The translations under genes and the position numbers were made by a program. The notes under the pieces were generated by a model that did no database searches, was not told where the DNA came from, and saw only the letters and a program-made list of their open reading frames with translations. Source: Eledone cirrhosa (lineage: Eukaryota). Taken from it: a stretch of 64,000 nt of DNA. The number at the start of each line of letters is the position of its first letter. The first letter of the stretch is position 1. Location of the stretch: the NCBI GenBank assembly GCA_964016885.1, contig OZ024741.1, positions 61,442,001 to 61,506,000 of the forward strand. The letters run 5' to 3'. Below, piece by piece: positions 38,001 through 49,099 of the stretch.

Positions 38001-38210
38001 TCTAGCAGACCCTCCTCTCCATCTAGTCTCTTGCACACAGCATACATCAACTTCCTTTCGCTCTAGCATTTCTACGATTTCTCCTGCTCTTCCTTTCATT
38101 GAGCCTACATTGATGGTACCAACTCGGAGTTTTGGGCATTTGTCGACACTCGTAGGGGAGGGTCTCTGGGTTGGCGCTTCACGTGGGTGCTTGGTAGCTC
38201 GCAGATTCAT
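35091..38210 (-). CDS. RTE ORF: APE endonuclease + reverse transcriptase + PHD-type zinc finger (1039 aa)
   Basis: GTINVGSM, CVQETRW, GDFNGHVG, QLDFIL, SQH; NYRGIKL, FVDLEKAFD, GVHQGSVLSP, LYADDL, FCYLG; CSVC-x10-CPKC-x4-H-x2-C-x14-CSSC; no stops. Confidence 0.97.
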   Translation of the reverse strand: MNLRATKHPREAPTQRPSPTSVDKCPKLRVGTINVGSMKGRAGEIVEMLERKEVDVCCVQETRWRGGSARVLVGKSQCYKFFWVGNDDGMGGVGILLADKWVDKVISVYRVNARIIKLRLVLNKTITTIISAYAPQSGLPDELKDRFYESLIHTTALTDDKDFLIIAGDFNGHVGKHCDGFNRVHGGHGVGTRNEEGFRLLEFCDANDMSICNTNFKKPDNHLITYRSGEHSSQLDFILIRGRDRWTVVNTKAFPSEECTSQHSLVVSDLTVRTRRALKQRPTWRRKIWKLKVPSTSNRFKDILLNAYDSKEEQIETFNVEENWEFLKNNLLEATDEVCGWSKTSSRRRVTWWWNNKVDEAVKAKRQAWKEWKNGGSRVHYIETKREARRQVYLARREAEDRKFKHVLQREDQKQEVFKIARQCVRDSCDIIGEKCIRNDKGELALTSAEKKDAWKSHYDRLLNEENAWEEETLPHVDPIEGPAVQVSGSVVSKAIRDMKIGKATGPSGIAAEMLKASGSVGHTITTRIVNQVILEGAIPKDWCSSIIVNCYKGKGDALDRGNYRGIKLMDQVMKVTERVIAQLIRDRVNIDEMQFGFVPGKGTTDALFLVRQLQEKYLAKSKPLYLAFVDLEKAFDRVPRAVIWWALRKLGVDEWLVKAVQAMYRGAVSKVRIGNEYSEEFSVQVGVHQGSVLSPLLFIIVLQAITEEFKTGCPWELLYADDLALIAESMVELENKFQTWKQGLERKGLKVNMTKTKVLISRRENRTQIPSGKWPCSVCRKGVGRNSILCPKCKQWVHKRCSGISGSLIKNVGFTCSSCAETASKQPQETSTTNLWEGPVETVDSFCYLGDRISNGGGCSESTITRVRTGWKKFRELLPLLAAKGFSLRMKGRLYDACIRTAMLHGSETWALKVEDLRRLERNEACMLRWMCNSNIRERQSINELRERLSIRGIKCCVQERRLCWYGHVMRMKDDSCIKRCRALEVDGNRGVGRPKMTWDEVIKADLTQLHLSKSMTHDRDFWRHAVIQGTRPPMGTC

Positions 38211-38452
38211 ATTTCATCTATTGATTCAGAGTTGCTCGTGTATTCCCAGCTCATCCATCCCTAACGGTGGGAAAATTGAGGGCTAGAAGGACAGTGGTGG
38301 TGGGGTAATGGCAGGGTGTGTTGGGATGCGCCAGAGGAGGAGAGAGTTAGTTAGGCAGGTAGTAGCAGCAGCAGCAGTGGAAATGGCATGCTAGGTTTGA
38401 TTGGTCGAATAGACTATGGTGGTGTGTGGGGGTGGGGGGAGGGAAATTGTGA

Positions 38453-39251
38453 GGTAGGAACTGAGGGTCGCATGGTAAATATCCAAGTTAATACTACATC
38501 AGTAAAATTAACAATAATAACGTCATGAAAAAAGCTACTAAGAGAAACCCTCGAAAATTTATCGCTAATACAGCAGGGAAAATTTAACGCTAATACAGCA
38601 GGGAACATCATAATATTAACGTCAATATGTAGGCTAAAATACCTTCGTAGATTAGGTGGATGGCTGGCTGGGAAAATTTGAATCAGCTCTAGTGGTACAT
38701 TTTAGCAGAGAAGAATGGCAAAGTGTCTTATCTCTTCAATATTTCAGATTGAATGAATTAGGTTAAAGACAGGGTAGTAAGCCTTAAAGAAGTGCATAGA
38801 GGGGGGGGGGGGTAGGAACTGAGGGTCGCATGGTAAATAACTGAGAGAGATACAATAGGATTAGAATACCGCATGGTAAATATCCAAGTTAATAAGTTAA
38901 TACTACATCAGTAAAATTAACAATAATAACGTCATGAAAAAAGCTACTAAGAGAAACCCTCGAAAATTTATCGCTAATACAGCAGGGAAAATTTAACGCT
39001 AATACAGCAGGGAACATCATAATATTAACGACAATATGTAGGCTAAAATACCTTCGTAGATTAGGTGGATGGCTGGCTGGGAAAATTTGAATCAGCTCTA
39101 GTGGTACATTTTAGCAGAGAAGAATGGCAAAGTGTCTTATCTCTTCAATATTTCAGATTGAATGAATTAGGTTAAAGACAGGGTAGTAAGCCTTAAAGAA
39201 GTGCATAGAGGGGGGGGGGGTAGGAACTGAGGGTCGCATGGTAAATAACTG
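38453..39251 (-). promoter_or_regulatory. Two near-identical ~400-bp tandem monomers forming the RTE 5' region (promoter role is inference)
   Basis: 38469-38842 is nearly identical to 38870-39251; ggtaggaactgagggtcgcatggtaaata occurs three times. Confidence 0.6.
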
Positions 39252-39264
39252 TCTCAAACCTAAA

Positions 39265-39478
39265 TAATGATTCTACTATAGGCACAAGGCCAGCAATTTG
39301 GGGAGAGGGAAAAGTTGATTAAATCAACCCCAGTGCATTATTGGTGCTTTATTTTATCGACCCCGTAAGGATGAAAGGCAATGCTAACCTCGGCGAGATT
39401 TGTACTTAGAACGTAAAGGATCATAACTCTATGCTGTAAACCATATTGTCCAATGCTCTACCTATACTGCCAATCCAC
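39265..39478 (-). mobile_element. (ATT)n-type tRNA SINE
   Basis: Reverse-complement body; flanking repeat ctaaataatga. Confidence 0.9.
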
Positions 39479-39924
39479 AAAGCTAAATAATGACAGCAAT
39501 AACCAGTGCTTAATCCTAATACAGGTAATGAAATAGTTAAAATATGTCTCAAACTTATAAAATGATAACAATGACAATTCTAAGTACAACATTGATTTTC
39601 TGGCAATTCGTGGTCTGGCACCTGTTTTAGTCCAGACATATTTATGATAGATCATTGGAATTTCTTGTCATCCAGAGTAGTTTACTGAGTGGCCATAGGC
39701 AAAACGGTGTATCAATTATAACCATCTAAATATTGGCAGATATTTACAGTTTTTGTGACCCACCAAAGTAGTTTACTGGGTGACCATAGGTGGTACTGTA
39801 TGTCAATTATCTAAATTTAGAGATATTGGTTTAAATTCTTATCCTATTTTACTTCCAGTTATACCTAGTTATAGCTTCCAAGCACAATGCAACTATCAGA
39901 ACATTCACATCTTTATATTATTAT

Positions 39925-40070
39925 AGGAGATGGAGAGAGAGAGAGATAGTGAGAGAGAGAGAGATAGATAGAGAGAGAGAGAGAGAGAGAAAGATGTAGA
40001 GAGAGAGAGAGAGAAAGAGAATGAGAGAGATAGAGAGAAAGATGTAGAGAGAGAGAGAGAGAGAGAGAGG

Positions 40071-40125
<55 letters not shown>

Positions 40126-40142
40126 AGTGTGTGTGTGTGTGT
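39925..40142. repeat. (GA)n/(GT)n microsatellite
   Basis: Direct reading. Confidence 0.97.
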
Positions 40143-41190
40143 CTGCCTTCATAATGTTACATTGTTATAATTAAGATGTAGGAAAACCGTTTCCACCTTC
40201 CTAATGTTATATTATTGTTGTTATGGTGCAAGGAGATTGTCTGTGCAGTCATAATTTTATATTATTATAGCTAAGGTTTAGAGAGTGTGTTTGACCTTTA
40301 TAATGTTATATTATTATAGTTATGATACAGGGAGAATATCTCCACTTCATAATGTGAATTTTGGAAATAGACAAAGGTGTGTCATGAAGATTTTATAACA
40401 AAAACATTATTAATAATGTAGCAGCATTCTCCAAGGAGTTTATCCTGAATTAGTATTGCTTGATCTCTGTTAGTCCTGTAAAATAGATAATTCGGCAGAG
40501 GTCTGGAATAAAACATGCCAGAAAATCAATGTTGCACCTGGAGTTCAAAGAAGGGTAAAAAAAAAAACAAAATGCTAAATCGTAGCTTGCAACTAAATCT
40601 GAATATGTACCAGCTGGTTATGATATTATTCTACTTATAAATAACAGAGAAACAAATCAAATAAACTACCAATGGAACACATTCTGTTTCAACAAACACA
40701 CATACACCTTCATCAATCTTTAAACAAACACACAAACACAATTTTCTAAGGCTAAATAAAATGCAAATCACTGTTTTCATGTGTTTATTTAAAAGAAATA
40801 GGAAGGAAGAGTGGTATAGAACTTGATAAAATAGAGTTGTGATTATGTCTGCAATAATTATTTCTTTTATTGTGAAAACACCTCACTCTCACTCTTTCAC
40901 TCTCTACCTTTGAGTGCATCAGAGAGAGAGGGGGGAGGGAGGGAGAGAGAGAGATTGTTAAAACACAATGACTGTCTCTGTGTGTATGAGTGTCAGACAT
41001 TTTAAACAATCTGTTTGTGTATGTCACAGACATTTAAAGCAATCAGTCTGTCTACTACCCACCCCCTCTCTCTCTCTCTCTCTCTCTCTCGGTGTGTGGT
41101 GTGTGTGTGTGTGTGTATATATATGATATACAATCTCTCTACATATCTGGTTTGATATCTCTATAAGTAGCATGTACTTTTATATATATA

Positions 41191-41225
<35 letters not shown>

Positions 41226-41489
41226 GGTGTGTGTGTGTGTGTGTAAATATGTATGTGTATGTGTGTTAGAGACATTTTAAACAATGATAAATATGACAGT
41301 AAACAATAGTTAGAAATTAAGAACACATTTTAATATTCCAGAATTTTCTAATAACATAACAGGCTGACAGACAGACACATACATATACATAATTGCATAT
41401 ACATTTATATACATACATACACAGATAAATATATAAATGCATACATATGTGTGTGTGTATATATATATATATATATTTGTTCATATATA

Positions 41490-41817
41490 TTCATTCATTT
41501 CATTTACGTCCGCTTTTTCCCTGCTTGCAAGGGTGGGACAGGAACTGATTCTGGCTTGATTTCTACAGATGGATGCCCTTCCTAACACCAACCTCATTTA
41601 CAGTGAGTGCTGGGTGCTTTTTTGCCGTGGCACCTACACGACCACTTTGCAGTGGAATGATATAGATCCCAGTCCCTATCATCTCATTTCTACAGCTGAG
41701 TAAACTGGAGCAATGTGAAATAAAGTGTCTTGCTCAAGGAAACAACACATCACCCGGTCTGAGAATTGAACTCACAACCTTTCGATTGCAAGGCCAATGC
41801 TCTAACCACTAAGCCAT

Positions 41818-41821
<4 letters not shown>
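41490..41821 (-). mobile_element. tRNA + CORE-like + RTE-tail SINE (same family as 17583)
   Basis: Close reverse-complement match to 17583..17928. Confidence 0.93.
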
Positions 41822-41899
<78 letters not shown>

Positions 41900-41903
<4 letters not shown>

Positions 41904-42205
41904 GCGTACGGCCTGCTTCTCTGACCGCTCATGAAATTCACCCAGCTTATGCTGATCGGATAACTGCTGTTTTCCAACCTTCGGTTTGCTTTTCCTTCTG
42001 TTGTTTACTTGTCTCACTCGCTTTACGCGTTTCACTTATCCCAATAGCTTATTTTAGTTATTGCTCACACCAACCTGAGGTATCTGATTTTTAATGCGAT
42101 GAAATACCAATGATGGTTGGCAAAATCACTGATGAGGGACTAATTTTATAATATGTAATCCATGTGCAACCATGCAGTATTCTTCTTCCCCTTGTTTTTC
42201 ATATA
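41900..42205 (+). mobile_element. ~300-bp (TA)n-flanked insert with a possible decayed hammerhead core
   Basis: CpG-richer insert; CTGATGA-GGGACTA..TAATCC at ~42129; GAAA arm not recognisable. Confidence 0.35.
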
Positions 42206-42246
42206 TATCATCATTTCATCATTTCATTTTACGTCCGCTTTTTCCC

Positions 42247-42287
<41 letters not shown>

Positions 42288-42787
42288 GTGGGTATGTATA
42301 TGTGTGTGTGTGTATATATATAATGGTAATAATAATAATAATAATTAATATTATTATTATTATCCCTTGAAGAGGGGGAAAAAAACGAGACAAAGAAATC
42401 AGTGATGTCATAATAATGGCTATAGATTAGTTGAAATGTTGTATTTTATCAAGAAGTTTTCCAATCTAAACTCTTAAGTAAATATTTTATTTGAATGAAA
42501 GAACCAGCTGTAATAAAATTTGTTAAAATGAATAAATAATGTAAGATGAATATTTTCCTGAAGTATTTGTGGAAGTAGTTTTTTCTTTAGAGTAAGAGTT
42601 AAAGCCCATGGCAAGTAAATATTGCAATGTGTTTTCAAATCTCTATTGTAAACAATTCACTTACCTTACATTATTTAAACCATTGGATAAATGCTGTACA
42701 GTATCATCCTTGCTCCCTGACTAAAATATATGGCATTTGTTTCTTGTTTCCATTTGCCAGAAATTAAAGGAAACCTGTCATTTAAAC

Positions 42788-42926
42788 CAGCAGTCACCAA
42801 CTGAGAGAACATTTTGGAGGTCCACAGAAAAATTTTATCTTTTTAAAAAAATTTGTATTAGTGGTCCATGGGATTTAAAATTATGAATTTAGTGGACCGT
42901 GAGGTCCAAAAGGTTAGCAACCACTG
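42788..42926. mobile_element. hAT-type MITE
   Basis: CAGCAGTCACCAAC...GTTAGCAACCACTG imperfect TIRs; exact 8-bp TSD ATTTAAAC (42780-42787, 42927-42934). Confidence 0.85.
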
Positions 42927-43479
42927 ATTTAAACCACATCTGCTCTCCAACTTAGTATTGTTGCTACACCTTCTCTTAAGCTACATTGACAAAGGGTCTA
43001 CTAACCCAAAATGTCAGTTCCTTTCTTCTCTCTTTATCCTGCAGATATTTCTACTGTACACACATTGTTCATGTTTTTGAGGATATATTTTGACAACCAT
43101 ATGTCGTTTTTCTTTTTCACTTTTTGTTTGCTTCCCTATAAACTCACTATTTGCTACTTTGTTCTGTTGTGTCATCTAAAGAAATATATGTGATAGGAAT
43201 ATGATAAAAAGATACAAACACTCACACACACATACACTGGCATACATACACACATGCAAGCACACACACACAATATGGAATGGAATTTACCCCTTTGGCT
43301 TTAACAATGAGTGTTCCAGTAGTTCAAACAATAAAATGGCCTGTTCATGAAATTAACATGTAAGCCGCAGAGTATTGTAGAGACACATATCCTTTATATA
43401 ATTATCAAGAAGATTGAGTGTAACACAGTGTGTGACTAGGCAGGCCCTTTGAATTACAGGTACAGTCTTTCAAAGGGAT

Positions 43480-43830
43480 TCTAAACAGTTTCCATCTACC
43501 TAATTTCATTTCCAGAGCATCTATTATTATAGAGATTGTTTCTGTTTTATATTATCCCTGATTCTGGTTATCTCTATTTCCAGATCTTTATATTTGGATA
43601 ATTTCTTCATTTCAGTGAAATATATATTTTTCCCTGTTGGAATGGATAAGTTTATTAGGAGGCACTACTGTTTGACTACAATATCTGGTCAATTAGCCTT
43701 GGTCTTCTTGTCTACATGGAATGGTATATCACATGAAAATGCAAACATGATGTACCACTATTATTACTTCATTCAAAAGATGAAGTCAACAAGGTCTTCA
43801 AACATTAAGGGACTTAAGGATGTTATTTTT
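43480..43830 (-). pseudogene. R4/Dong-type RLE nuclease remnant
   Basis: DIPFHVDKKTKAN*PDIVVK..CLLINLSIPT..KKLSKYKDLEIEITR. Confidence 0.8.
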
Positions 43831-44071
43831 CCAAATTAAACAAGCTAAGGAAATATAAAAAAAAATTATTGAAAAAATTTAAACACAAACAGTTGTATCT
43901 TCAATATAGTGTATTTAACAGAAAAGCTGTTCTTTACACACATGCACATACACACATATATATATTATATATATGTAGAGAGAGGAAGAGAGAAAAAAAG
44001 ATCATTATATAGCACCCCCACTCACTTTTATGGATACATATACATACATACACACACACACATATATATAT

Positions 44072-46039
44072 ATAGTTGCTGAAATGCTGAAAGCATCTGG
44101 AATGGTGGGACACAATATGGTCACCCAGATAGTAAACCAAGTCATACAGAATGGGGTCGTACCGAAGGACTGGTGTAGCATCATCATCATTAACTGCTAC
44201 ACGGGTAAAGGAGATGCCCTAGATAGGGGAAACTATAGAGGCATTAAATTAATTGACCAGGTCATGAAGGTCACAGAAAAAGTAATAGCGCAACTAATCA
44301 GAGAGCGAATTGATCTAGATGAAATGCAGTTCGGGTTTGTGTCAGGCAAAAGTACCACAGATGCTTTTTTCATTGTACGACAACTACAGGAGAAGTACCT
44401 AGCTAAAAGTAAACCCCTATACTTAGCTTGTGTTGACTTGGAGAAAGCCTTTCACAGAGTCCCACACCCCATTATCTGGTGGGCTCTCAGAAAACTAGGT
44501 GTTGATGAATGGCTTGTGAGAGCTATACAAGCCATGTATAAAGAAATAGTCAGCAAGGTTAGAATTAACAATGAATATAGTGAAGAGTTTAGCATAAAAG
44601 TTGGTGTTCATCAGGGCTCCGTCCTTAGCCCCCTCCTATTTATTATTGCCCGTCAGGCTATAACAGAGGAGTTCAAGACCGGCTGCCCATGGGACTGCTA
44701 TACGCTGATGATCTAACGCTTATAGACGAATCAATGACTGAACTAGAGAAGAAATTCCAAACATGGAAGCATGGCCTAGAATCAAAAGGCCTTAAAATTA
44801 ACATGTCTAAGACTAAAGTTCTAGTATGTAGGAAGGAAAATAGGGCACTGGACCCATCTGGGAAATGGCCATTCTCAGTGTGTAGGAAAGGAGTAGGCAG
44901 AAACTCCATTTTATGTCCCAAATGCAAAGTATGGGCGCATAAAAGATGTAGTGGGATGACAGGTAAGCTAACTAAGAATATAGATTTTATATGTGGCCGG
45001 TGCTCAGGTGCAATAAGTAGTAGCAAGTACGCACAGGATACTAGCTCATTCCATTGCACAGATGGTCCTATAGAAATAGTGGACACCTGACAAAATCAGC
45101 AGTGGTGGAGGGTGCTCTGAAAGTACTGTAGCTAGAGTCAGAACGGGATGGAAAAAGTTCAGAGAGCTTATGCCACTATTGGCCGCTAAAGGTTTCTCTC
45201 TAAAAATGAAAGACAGGCTGTATGATGCCTGCATACGAACAGCAATGTTACATGGCAGTGAGACTTGGGCATTGTGTGCAGAGGATCTATGCAGACTGGA
45301 GAGGAACCAAGCTTGCATGCTCCGTTGGATGTGTAATAGTAATATACGTGAATGGCAAAGCATAAATGAACTAAGTGAGAGATTAGGAATAAGAGGGATC
45401 AGATGCTATTTACTCAAGAGAAGACTACGTTGGTATGGTCACGTGATGCACATGAAAGATGACAGCTGTATAAAAAAAAAGTGCAGGTCGATCAAAATAG
45501 ACGGTAGCCACGGAGTAGGCAGGCAGACCCAGAAAGAACTGGGACGACTTGATAAATTCCGACCTCACACACTTACACCTCTCCAAGACAATGTCACTGG
45601 ACCGAGATCTTTGGCGCTACACAGTAATAGAGAAGACCCGCCTTGCCTAAGTGCAAAGCGAAACCTAGTCAGTAAGCACCTCTTACCAAAATATACCTCC
45701 GTCCCACTACTCCCACCCCATCCACACCACCCCTCTCGATGTAAAGTTATGTTGGTACCACAACATCCAGTCCTAAATAAATGAGGTCGTGTAGGTGTCA
45801 CGACAAAAAAAAACACACAGTCCACGCTGTAATGTGGCCGTGTAGGTAACACGGTAAAAACCTCCCAGTCCACACTGTAAATGTGGTTGGTGTTAGGAAG
45901 GGCATCCAGCTGTAGAAAACCCGCCAGACAGTCCTATATGAGCAAGACGACCACTCTTGTCTCAAGTGGGAAAATTCTCATCCAAACCCATGCTAGCGTG
46001 GAAGATGGATGTTAAACGATGATGATGATGATGATGATG

Positions 46040-46041
<2 letters not shown>
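44072..46041 (+). mobile_element. 5'-truncated RTE subfamily A copy in (TA)n
   Basis: ORFs 44030..45784 closely match 9800-11367; starts and ends at (TA)n; small deletion removes FRYLG. Confidence 0.95.
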
Positions 46042-46070
<29 letters not shown>

Positions 46071-46075
<5 letters not shown>

Positions 46076-46317
46076 ATATAGAAACACACAGATACATGCG
46101 GACACCTACATATATATGAATATATCCACATATATCTTTGAATTAGTGGTGCCAACCTCAACCGATGTTGGTCTATGAATAACTGGGACAAAATAATCCG
46201 AATGGATTAGATTGATTCAGTATCAGAGCTATGTAATACATTATGAAGATATATGTGGATATATTCATGTATATGTATGTATATGTATGTGTCCGCATGT
46301 GTTTCTCTATATATTGT
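46071..46317. mobile_element. MITE-like element with ~70-bp imperfect TIRs in (TA)n
   Basis: acaatatatagaaacaca..catgcggacac..atgaatatatccacatatatctt / aagatatatgtggatatattcat..gtgtccgcatg..tatatattgt. Confidence 0.75.
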
Positions 46318-46321
46318 TTAT

Positions 46322-46743
46322 AACTCCCTTTGGTCGAGTAACCTTTGAAGTGTAGTGACTGCTGGAAAGTTATCATTACTCATACTTCTCGCCACCTTAG
46401 CCACCTCTTCTATGGCTTTGCTATAAGTACCCCCTCCGCCTCCGTGGTATTTTTTTCATGGTTATAAGGGGCTTAGCTCTGTTTCTTGACCGCTGTATCA
46501 CGTGATTGACTCCCCCTCCGCCTTTCGGGATTCTATCTCGCGTCCTACGGACGTGTTTTGAAACTCTTAATGAGGTATCCTCTTGATAAGTCGGCAGACC
46601 TCACAAAAATTCTATATCTCTGTGATGTACTGTTTTTGCATAATATGCCACGAAACTACGTAGTCGAGGAGTAAAGAAGGAGTTTAGGTATGATATATCT
46701 TATTATTAATTATATCTAATGTTTCTTCTCTCTTCATAATGTA

Positions 46744-46745
<2 letters not shown>
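46322..46745 (+). mobile_element. ~420-bp hammerhead-bearing element ending in (TA)n
   Basis: CpG-rich insert containing the HHR at 46578-46670. Confidence 0.65.
46578..46670 (+). ncRNA. Type I hammerhead ribozyme, U3-A8 core variant with enlarged stem II
   Basis: TCCTC-TTGATAA-GT(C)GGCA...TGCCAC-GAAA-CTACGTAG-TC-GAGGA; stem I TCCTC/GAGGA; GUC site at 46663-46665. Confidence 0.75.
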
Positions 46746-46784
<39 letters not shown>

Positions 46785-48096
46785 TTTAAAAGATATATTG
46801 TACTCATATATAGAGCAAATAAGGAAAATATGTAGGAAAATATACATACTTTAAGATGGTAATAATTCTAAATCATCTATATGATTGTTTCATGGCATGT
46901 TTACCTAACGCACATTGTCAAGCTTCCAAATAACCAAACTTATTTCCTAGTCATATCTTTATCTCGTGTTCCATAATGCTTCAAGCAAACTACAATACTT
47001 TATATATTATATTATGTTGTTATATTTATTTTCATACACAGAACAAAAGCACTTCCTAAGGTTTCAAGGCCTAATTATGACCATCTCCCCGAATTCTAAG
47101 CGGAATCAAATTTGTGACCTACTTCATTTAAAAAATATTTATATATCATTAACATAGTATAACAAAGGGAAATAACTCAAGATATAAAATTGAAAAGGCT
47201 ATGTTAATGTTCATGTGTTTGTGTGTACTCAACATAGTAGATGTATAGTATTATGTAGAGGCTAGTAATATAGAGATGTTTATATTTATTCTGATATGGA
47301 GTTGAGTAGAATAGGTGTACTGTATTATGTAAGTGTGGAAAAAGGAAAGTTATCAAGAAAGTATAGAAATCATTATGAAGGTGGTTGAAAATCAATTGAA
47401 TTCATTGAGTGTTTCAACTTAGCAAGGAGTTGGCCATAGTGGTGTAGACATCCTCTAAAATTTTGTTCTTAGAGTTCAAATATCGTTCATAGATGACAAA
47501 CCTTGTAATATCCAAATGTTTCACTGAGGCAAAGACAACATCAGGTTTAAGACATGAGATGAGGTTGTGAAGACTTAGAAAAACTAAACCTCACAACAGA
47601 AATGACTAAGGACTGCTAGGGCTGGTGCTATGCTGTACTGAAGACCCGACTTACAACATACAATGTGGCCTGACCTTTCCTCGTGTCCTCCCTTCCACTA
47701 GTACACCCTAATAGCTATTCTCAACATCACCACACCACCCTCACTACACACCCCATGCCCCTTCCTCAACACTCACTCATAATCACTGCCCTAAATGTCT
47801 CAAGTCTCTAGACTCTCTCACTATCGTACTCTAGAAGCCACTCTCCTCACTCTTATACACCTCACCCATGCCTCCTCCATTAGCACCCCTAGAAGCTATC
47901 ATCAAAATCACTACATGCCCTTCCTGTATTAACCCCTTACATGTTTTTCTCCCCCCTCCCACCATAAAACCTTTAGATACCCTTACTATTGCACCTTAGA
48001 AGCTTCTCCCTGCACCCCACTCATGCCCCCTCCACTATCACTCCTTAGCTATTCTCTCCATCACTACAGCTCCTGTTTCTAGCACTGATTGTTCTC

Positions 48097-48159
<63 letters not shown>

Positions 48160-48189
48160 AAGAGAGAGGGAAAGGGGATCAAGGGAGCC

Positions 48190-48562
48190 CTTCAGTCATG
48201 CCAGATATGACAACCTCTCTAGTGCTCATGACCTACATCATAAATGTTCCCAATGTACACTGTAACATGATTGGGGATAGGAACGGCATTCAGCCATAGA
48301 AATCTTGCCAAACATAGGGTTAGGTGGACACTTCTGTTGTGTCAAGGACATGACAGCCTCACATTGGTGATCTACACAGTAAAGGTGGTTGTTGAGAGAA
48401 CTTTTAGTTGTGTCAAAGATATGACAACCTTTCCTCTGCACTTGATAGAATGTGAGACTGTACATATGCGAGATGCATATCCCTGGCCTGTCTGGGAGAT
48501 TAGTAACTGAGCTTCTGTACTGACTTGGTCTGTGTAGAGAAAGCAGATATGATGATGATGAT
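48190..48562 (+). mobile_element. RTE-tail-derived modular element (family of 6985..7540)
   Basis: Shared modules and cctgtctggga..gtactgacttggtc terminus. Confidence 0.65.
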
Positions 48563-48581
48563 ATATATGTGTGTGTGTGAA

Positions 48582-48922
48582 GATGCATGGCTTAGTGGTT
48601 AGAGTATTTAGCTTACAATCATGAGGTTATGAGTTTGATTCCCTGACAAAGCAATATGTTGTGCCCTTGAGGAATACACTTTATTTCACATTGCCCCAGT
48701 TCAGTCAGCTGTAGAAATTAGTTGCAATGTCACTGATGCCAAGCAGTATTAGCCTTTGCTTTTCCCTTGGGCAACATTGGTGGCATGGAGAGGGGAGTCT
48801 GGGATGCATAGGAAACTGCTGGTCTTCCACAAACAACCTTGCCCGGACTTGTGCCTCAGACGAGAACTTTTTACGTGCAAATCCCATGTTCATTCATGAC
48901 TGAAGGGGTCTTTACCTTTTAC
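48582..48922 (+). mobile_element. tRNA + CORE-like SINE with a different 3' tail
   Basis: Head as in 17583; tail ends cattcatgactgaaggggtctttacctttt. Confidence 0.85.
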
Positions 48923-49099
48923 CCTATATGTATTCGTATATACACATACATATAAAGACACACATATTCATACATAAACAAGTATACAAACATATATATA
49001 GACATATGTCTGTATACTTATATACACACACATATGTGCTTACAAACGCACTAACATACACACACACAAATGCATACACATGTGCAAAAACATACTTAT

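Larger units (their letters stand above)
34789..39251 (-). mobile_element. Full-length RTE-clade LINE (subfamily B), potentially competent
   Basis: Tandemly repeated 5' region, intact ORF, 3'UTR and (GAT)n tail. Confidence 0.95.

Noticed and set aside
38211-38460. HDV-like ribozyme in the RTE 5'UTR
   Set aside because: Known in some RTEs, but I could not build the nested double pseudoknot by eye; a descriptor search is needed.
42560-43200. One ancient L1 fragmented across 33.9, 42.6, 47.5 and 49.5 kb
   Set aside because: The fragments are too decayed, and their order is not clearly colinear.
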